DNA of 64,000 nucleotides from Alphaproteobacteria bacterium (GTDB lineage Bacteria; Pseudomonadota; Alphaproteobacteria; CAAGCB01; CAG-977): NCBI GenBank assembly GCA_024407875.1, contig JAKSVT010000004.1, positions 6,982 to 70,981 of the forward strand, read 5' to 3'. Shown piece by piece: positions 59,263 to 64,000 of this stretch (position 1 is its first letter; each line of letters starts with the position of its first letter). The notes under the pieces were generated by a model. It saw only the letters and a program-made list of their open reading frames with translations, ran no database searches and was not told where the DNA came from. The position numbers and the translations under genes were made by a program.

Positions 59263-60837
59263 TTAATTACCTGCAGCTATAGCACAAACGTTCTTTAACT
59301 TACGTTCTTTTTCCATGACTTGTTGAACAGCTTTCTTTCCACCAGTCATTAATGCTTTACCAATTATTCCTAAACGTTCTATTGCTTTTTTAGGATCAAT
59401 TTCAATTCTTATATTTCCTATTGGACCAACTAACTTAATTTCTGATAAAGCACTAGCAAAACTTACTTTATTAGCTTCAGATAAAATCATAGCATCCATA
59501 TGATTTGTTTTTAAATCAAGCTTTCCATTAATCTGGATTTGTAAATTAGATGTTTCTGCTGCTACTTGTTTATTTGAACTAAATACTGATGCATTTACAG
59601 GAACATTAACAACCAAACATCCTACATCTATTATTTCATTAGTAGACATGCCCGGTATTTTTGCCAAAGGACCACTCTTTGCATTATATTTAATATTAGA
59701 ACCTGCTAAAGAAATCTTTCCATTGATTGTCTTTAATAGCCCTTGATATCCAACAGCTACAGCACTCAAATCTATATTTCCAGAAATATTACCAGAATCT
59801 ATACCTTTCTTCTTAAATACTGATAATGGAAAATTATTTAAATGAAATGATGTTTTAGCATCTAACATATCTTTTTCATTGGTTTTTAAAATACCTGCTC
59901 CTAATAAATTATCTCCAATTCTAACATTAGAAAGAGTAATAATTCCATTATGAGCTTCAAAAACCCCTGTTAAATCTTCCAAATTAAATTGCCTAAAATA
60001 TTCTGATGATAAATCTGCTCTTCCATCTATCCAATCTAATCTCTTTAACATCGGATTAGCCTTTTCAGGCTTCTTAATTTTAGCATCTCCCATTGCTTTT
60101 ACAATAACTTGTTCATTTTTCAAAACATCTAATTCAAAATATGAAATTTCAGGTTCTCTAATTTTTCCTTTTATTTTTGCATTTAACTCTAAATTAGAAA
60201 AATCTAAAGATTTAACATTAAATACAACAACATTTGTATTGGCATTTATATCTTCTTTTTTAGGATTATAATTTCCATTAGCTTTAAATACTAATTTGCT
60301 TGTTTTTGCTTCAATATTAAAATCTCCTATTTCTGATAAGCTCGATAAAGATCCGTGCATATCAAATCTTTCTTTATCAAAAACAAATCTACCAAACCAT
60401 ACATATTGATTTTTATCTTCTTTTTCTTCCCATTTTAAATGTAATTCAGGAATTCCAATTCTATGTTTTTCATAAAGACCTTTTGCTCTTAAAATATCTA
60501 TATTATTTATCGTTAAATCTTGCAGGTGCTTTATCTTCTTAACCAAGTCAAAAATATTGAACTTTAAAGTAATACTTTCAATGAAAACAACTTCTTTTTT
60601 TCCTGTTAATCTAACATTTGTTAAAGTAAAACCTGATGTAATTCCATAGACAACATCATATTTTCCACCAACCAAAACATGAACACCTGCCTTTTGTCCA
60701 ATCTGCTTTGTAATTGAAGGAAGCAATTTATCTTTTATAAAGCCTTTTGCCGCTAGTGATCCAAAAAAGCCTAAACAAACTATACAGCCTATACAGACAA
60801 ATAATTTCTTATATTTTTGCATTTTAAATTCCTGCAC
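59263..60837 (-). CDS. Membrane-anchored AsmA-like/hypothetical protein
   Basis: N-terminal TM segment and a long beta-rich periplasmic region; 524 aa. Confidence 0.3.
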   Translation of the reverse strand: MQEFKMQKYKKLFVCIGCIVCLGFFGSLAAKGFIKDKLLPSITKQIGQKAGVHVLVGGKYDVVYGITSGFTLTNVRLTGKKEVVFIESITLKFNIFDLVKKIKHLQDLTINNIDILRAKGLYEKHRIGIPELHLKWEEKEDKNQYVWFGRFVFDKERFDMHGSLSSLSEIGDFNIEAKTSKLVFKANGNYNPKKEDINANTNVVVFNVKSLDFSNLELNAKIKGKIREPEISYFELDVLKNEQVIVKAMGDAKIKKPEKANPMLKRLDWIDGRADLSSEYFRQFNLEDLTGVFEAHNGIITLSNVRIGDNLLGAGILKTNEKDMLDAKTSFHLNNFPLSVFKKKGIDSGNISGNIDLSAVAVGYQGLLKTINGKISLAGSNIKYNAKSGPLAKIPGMSTNEIIDVGCLVVNVPVNASVFSSNKQVAAETSNLQIQINGKLDLKTNHMDAMILSEANKVSFASALSEIKLVGPIGNIRIEIDPKKAIERLGIIGKALMTGGKKAVQQVMEKERKLKNVCAIAAGN

Positions 60838-60873
60838 ATTATTCGATATATTCTATAAAATATAATACATAAA

Positions 60874-61890
60874 TCATTCTACGATTGGAAATTTTTTAAA
60901 AGGATTCTTAGCATTTTTATAATCAAATCCAAAGAAATCAAAACTATCTTTCATTTCATCACATAACGGAGCATATACTTCTAACATTTTACCGTTTGGC
61001 AAAGGCATTTTTAATGCTCTTGCATGCAAATGCAATTTATTTCCATATTTTAAATAATCTGCATTCTTGCCATCGATTTTATATTTTCCATCTCCAATAA
61101 TAGGATGTCCCATTACTAAACAATGAGCTCTTAATTGATGAGTTCTTCCCGTCAAAGGCATTAATTCCAACCATGAAGCTTTTTTATAGGCCTCATCTTC
61201 AACTCTATACAATGTGATAGCACTTTGACCATTTTTTTCATCAACCCTCATTAATTCGCCACCAAATTCACCAGAACATTTTAACAATTTGGCACTAATT
61301 TTTCCTTCTTTAATATCAGGATTACCATAAACAAGAGCCCAATATATCTTCTTTGCATCTCTTGATTTAAATGCATCTGCTAAAAATGCTGTAGCTGATG
61401 GAGTACGACCTAAAACTAATACGCCTGAAGTATCCTTATCTAATCTATGAACCAAACGAGGATTTTCTTCCTTCTCAAAACGCAAAGCTGACAACATTCC
61501 ATCCAAATGTTTTGTTTGCCCTGTTCCTCCCTGTACAGCTAAACCTGCAGGTTTATTTAAAACAATTACATCTTTATCTTTGTAAATAACTAATGATTGA
61601 ACAAATTTTGCATCAGCGTCACTTACAAAAACATTATCTCTTCTTTCTTTTGCATTAATCATAGGAGAGCCATGATCTGGTAAAGGAGGAACCCTAATAA
61701 TACATCCTTCACTGACCCTTTGATTAGCTTCTGCCTTTTTTCCATCAACTTTAATTTGTTTTGTTCTTAAAAGTTTTTGAATTTGGCCTTGCGTTAATTG
61801 TGGATAATGACGTTTTAACCATCTATCCAATCTAACTTCACCATCATCAGCACTCACAGTTTCAAGTGTTACTGTCGTCTTTGTTGGCAT
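60874..61890 (-). CDS. RluA-family 23S rRNA pseudouridine synthase (RluC/RluD-like)
   Basis: S4 domain ('VRLDRWL') and catalytic 'HRLDKDTSGVLVL'. Confidence 0.8.
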   Translation of the reverse strand: MPTKTTVTLETVSADDGEVRLDRWLKRHYPQLTQGQIQKLLRTKQIKVDGKKAEANQRVSEGCIIRVPPLPDHGSPMINAKERRDNVFVSDADAKFVQSLVIYKDKDVIVLNKPAGLAVQGGTGQTKHLDGMLSALRFEKEENPRLVHRLDKDTSGVLVLGRTPSATAFLADAFKSRDAKKIYWALVYGNPDIKEGKISAKLLKCSGEFGGELMRVDEKNGQSAITLYRVEDEAYKKASWLELMPLTGRTHQLRAHCLVMGHPIIGDGKYKIDGKNADYLKYGNKLHLHARALKMPLPNGKMLEVYAPLCDEMKDSFDFFGFDYKNAKNPFKKFPIVE

Positions 61891-63184
61891 TTTTTTCTCT
61901 CCTTAATTTTTCCCAATAAGCAAGTCTTTTTACTATTTCTCTTTCAAAGCCTCTCTCTATTGGTTTATAAAATTTTCTTCTTCCCATTTTTTCTGGAAAA
62001 TAATTTTGTCCTGAAAAACCATCCTTAGTTTCAGGATCATATTGATATCCTGCATTATATCCTAAATCTTCCATAAGCTTTGTTGGAGCATTTAATATAT
62101 GCATAGGTGGCATTAATGAACCTGTTTGTTTTGCTAGTGCAAATGCTTCATTCCAAGCTTTATAAACGCCTATTGACTTAGGAGCTGTTGCTAAATAAAC
62201 AACTAATTGTGCTAACGCCAAGTCGCCTTCTGGTGATCCTAATCTTTCATAAGCTTTCCAAGCTGAAATTGCTTGAGTTAAGGCATTTGGATCAGACATT
62301 CCTACATCTTCAACTGCAAATCTGGTAAGTCTTCTTAAGATATATCTAACATCTTCCCCACTCGCAACCATTCTAGCTGTCCAATACAAAGCAGCATCGA
62401 CATCAGATCCTCTCAAAGATTTATGAACAGCACTAATTAGATTATAATGACCATCTCTGTCTTTATCATATATAGCAGGACGTTTGGCAATTATCTTCAT
62501 CAAGCGTTCATTATCTATCAAACCTTTTGCTATTTCAGCATCAGGTAAATTAAAAAGAACCTCTATCATATTTGATAAATATCTGCCATCCCCATCAGCC
62601 ATAGATTTAACCAAATCTCTAGTTTCATCTTCAACAGGTAATGGCTTTTTAGTATATTCTTCAGCTTTTTCAATAATTCGTTCTAGAGCTTCATCACTTA
62701 ATCTTTTTAATACAAAAACTTTACATCTTGAAAGTAATGCTGAATTTAATTCAAATGATGGATTTTCAGTTGTTGCTCCAATTAAAATGACAGTTCCATC
62801 TTCAACATAAGGCAAAAAACTATCTTGTTGAGATCTATTAAATCTATGTATTTCATCAACAAATAATATTGTTTGTCTACCTTGTTCTAATTTTTCTTTA
62901 GCAGCATCAAATATTTTTCTTAAATCAGAAACACCAGAGAAAACTGCAGATATTGTAACAAAATCCATATCTGCATATTGAGCAACTAACCTAGCTATTG
63001 TTGTTTTTCCACAACCAGGAGGTCCCCACAAAATAAAAGAAGATATATTTCCACTATTTAACATGCGTCCAAGTGGGGCATCATCAGCCAATAGATGCTC
63101 TTGCCCTGCAACTTCAGAAAGCTTCTTTGGTCGCAAGACATCAGCTAAAGGCCGTTTAACAGCCGCATTCAATAATGAAGACAC
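61862..63184 (-). CDS. rarA: Replication-associated recombination protein A (MgsA/RarA)
   Basis: 'GPPGCGKTTIARL' and 'VDEIHRFN' AAA+ motifs; 440 aa. Confidence 0.85.
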   Translation of the reverse strand: MSSLLNAAVKRPLADVLRPKKLSEVAGQEHLLADDAPLGRMLNSGNISSFILWGPPGCGKTTIARLVAQYADMDFVTISAVFSGVSDLRKIFDAAKEKLEQGRQTILFVDEIHRFNRSQQDSFLPYVEDGTVILIGATTENPSFELNSALLSRCKVFVLKRLSDEALERIIEKAEEYTKKPLPVEDETRDLVKSMADGDGRYLSNMIEVLFNLPDAEIAKGLIDNERLMKIIAKRPAIYDKDRDGHYNLISAVHKSLRGSDVDAALYWTARMVASGEDVRYILRRLTRFAVEDVGMSDPNALTQAISAWKAYERLGSPEGDLALAQLVVYLATAPKSIGVYKAWNEAFALAKQTGSLMPPMHILNAPTKLMEDLGYNAGYQYDPETKDGFSGQNYFPEKMGRRKFYKPIERGFEREIVKRLAYWEKLRREKNANKDDSNT

Positions 63185-63200
63185 TTTTTTCTCTAATTAT

Positions 63201-63560
63201 TTAAAACTTAATAGATACTTCGTATGCGTTTTGAATACCATCTAAAATATTATTATCAGGATCGTTTGGACGATTCTTAATTAAATCTTCTAGGCTTTTA
63301 TCCATTACATTCAATGTCTTGGCAACATTAGCTTCTATAACAAGAATTTTAGAAACCCCTGCCAATTCTTTCATAATTTCAGGATCAATATTTGTTAAAT
63401 CAATATCACCCTTTGAACTACGTTGAAAGTGAAGTGTTGTTTCATTTTTCTTTGTAATTACTGGATTTTCAATTGGGCCAACAAATGCAGGTAAGAAAAC
63501 ACTAATCATACCTTTATCATTTTTTATAAACATAGGTCCTGATATTTCATTCATATCCAT
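63201..63560 (-). CDS. Hypothetical protein
   Basis: 119-aa ORF; no motif recognised. Confidence 0.35.
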   Translation of the reverse strand: MDMNEISGPMFIKNDKGMISVFLPAFVGPIENPVITKKNETTLHFQRSSKGDIDLTNIDPEIMKELAGVSKILVIEANVAKTLNVMDKSLEDLIKNRPNDPDNNILDGIQNAYEVSIKF

Positions 63561-63668
63561 GGTATATACTCTCTTTTTTTGTTAACAAAATTTATCTAAA
63601 TATAATATTTAATTATAAAAAAATCAAGAGATCACTATGAGCAACAAAGAAAACCAAAAACAATTTTA

Positions 63669-64000
63669 TTAATTTACATCATGATGCAAACCACCAGACA
63701 TAGGCATTTCTACGCCAGTAGTTGTCGGAAATGAATATGGTAACCCGTATAATGATCTTACAGATAAAAATGCTATTCCTTGGGCTTCCAAGAAATCTCC
63801 ATTCCAACCAAAATTAGATGCATCAACTACAGGAGCTGATAATTTTTGCCTAATCATTCGCATCATTGTTGGATTATGAGCACCACCACCACATACTATG
63901 TATTGTTTTGGCATTTCTGGATAAAATTGTTCTGCAACTTTTATACATTCAGCTGTCCATGCAGTAAGAGTTGCACAGCCATCATTTAAAGATGTCGATT
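63669..64000 (-). CDS. anmK: Anhydro-N-acetylmuramic acid kinase, C-terminal part; 5' end lies outside the window
   Basis: 'CGGGAHNP..M' C-terminal motif; the frame stays open to the window edge. Confidence 0.6.
   Translation of the reverse strand, partial: STSLNDGCATLTAWTAECIKVAEQFYPEMPKQYIVCGGGAHNPTMMRMIRQKLSAPVVDASNFGWNGDFLEAQGIAFLSVRSLYGLPYSFPTTTGVEMPMSGGLHHDVN

Noticed and set aside
1-64000. CRISPR array, rRNA genes, intact IS elements
   Set aside because: I found no regularly spaced direct repeats with unique spacers, no rRNA-like conserved blocks, and no transposase with terminal inverted repeats. The only recombinase genes are the damaged serine recombinases described above.

Overview
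This window is AT-rich (roughly 30% GC by eye) and densely coded; it looks like a bacterial chromosome. The conserved gene order prfB–mrcA–amiC then divergent rne, and der–BamB-like propeller–YfgM-like TPR, together with oadGAB and tdk, suggests a low-GC alphaproteobacterium (Rickettsiales/Holosporales-like). That placement is an inference from the sequence alone.

Positions 1–42,600 and 55,950–64,000 are mostly housekeeping. They include a polysaccharide-modification cluster (GT2, YdjC/ChbG deacetylase, DUF4422), prfC, der, rnhA, prfB with its programmed +1 frameshift, PBP1A, an AmiC-type amidase, RNase E with a long charged disordered tail, nhaA, the oadGAB Na+ pump, tdk, rluA-family, rarA and a partial anmK.

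Three tRNA genes sit at about 42.65–43.03 kb: Glu and Arg on the minus strand and Gln on the plus strand. The 3' end of tRNA-Gln plus a terminator-like hairpin is reiterated twice further on, at about 47,033 and 55,899. These repeats bracket a composite accessory island of roughly 12.9 kb (43,030–55,908) that appears to be two tandem integrative elements.

The first element (about 4 kb) carries a BrxR/CapW-type HTH–WYL–WCX regulator immediately upstream of a Mug/TDG-like UDG-superfamily glycosylase. It also carries a DnaB C-terminal-domain-only helicase and an unsecreted trypsin-like protease.

The second element (about 8.9 kb) carries an SF2 helicase C-terminal fragment and a Fic protein flanked by ~93-bp direct repeats. 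Its large serine recombinase module is decayed: one copy lacks the catalytic domain and one is interrupted by an in-frame TAG. It ends with an 807-aa PrrC/RloC-like ABC ATPase (Walker A, CxxC hook, LSEGER signature, Walker B) that is a candidate anticodon nuclease.

Just outside the island there is a RelA/SpoT-domain protein translationally coupled (TAATG) to a 64-aa acidic ORF, a candidate toxSAS toxin–antitoxin pair. Elsewhere in the window, a UDP-glucose 6-dehydrogenase carries an N-terminal XRE-type HTH extension, and a 602-aa protein consists of two internally duplicated HExxH(xxQ) modules.

I did not find a CRISPR array, rRNA, or an intact canonical IS element.
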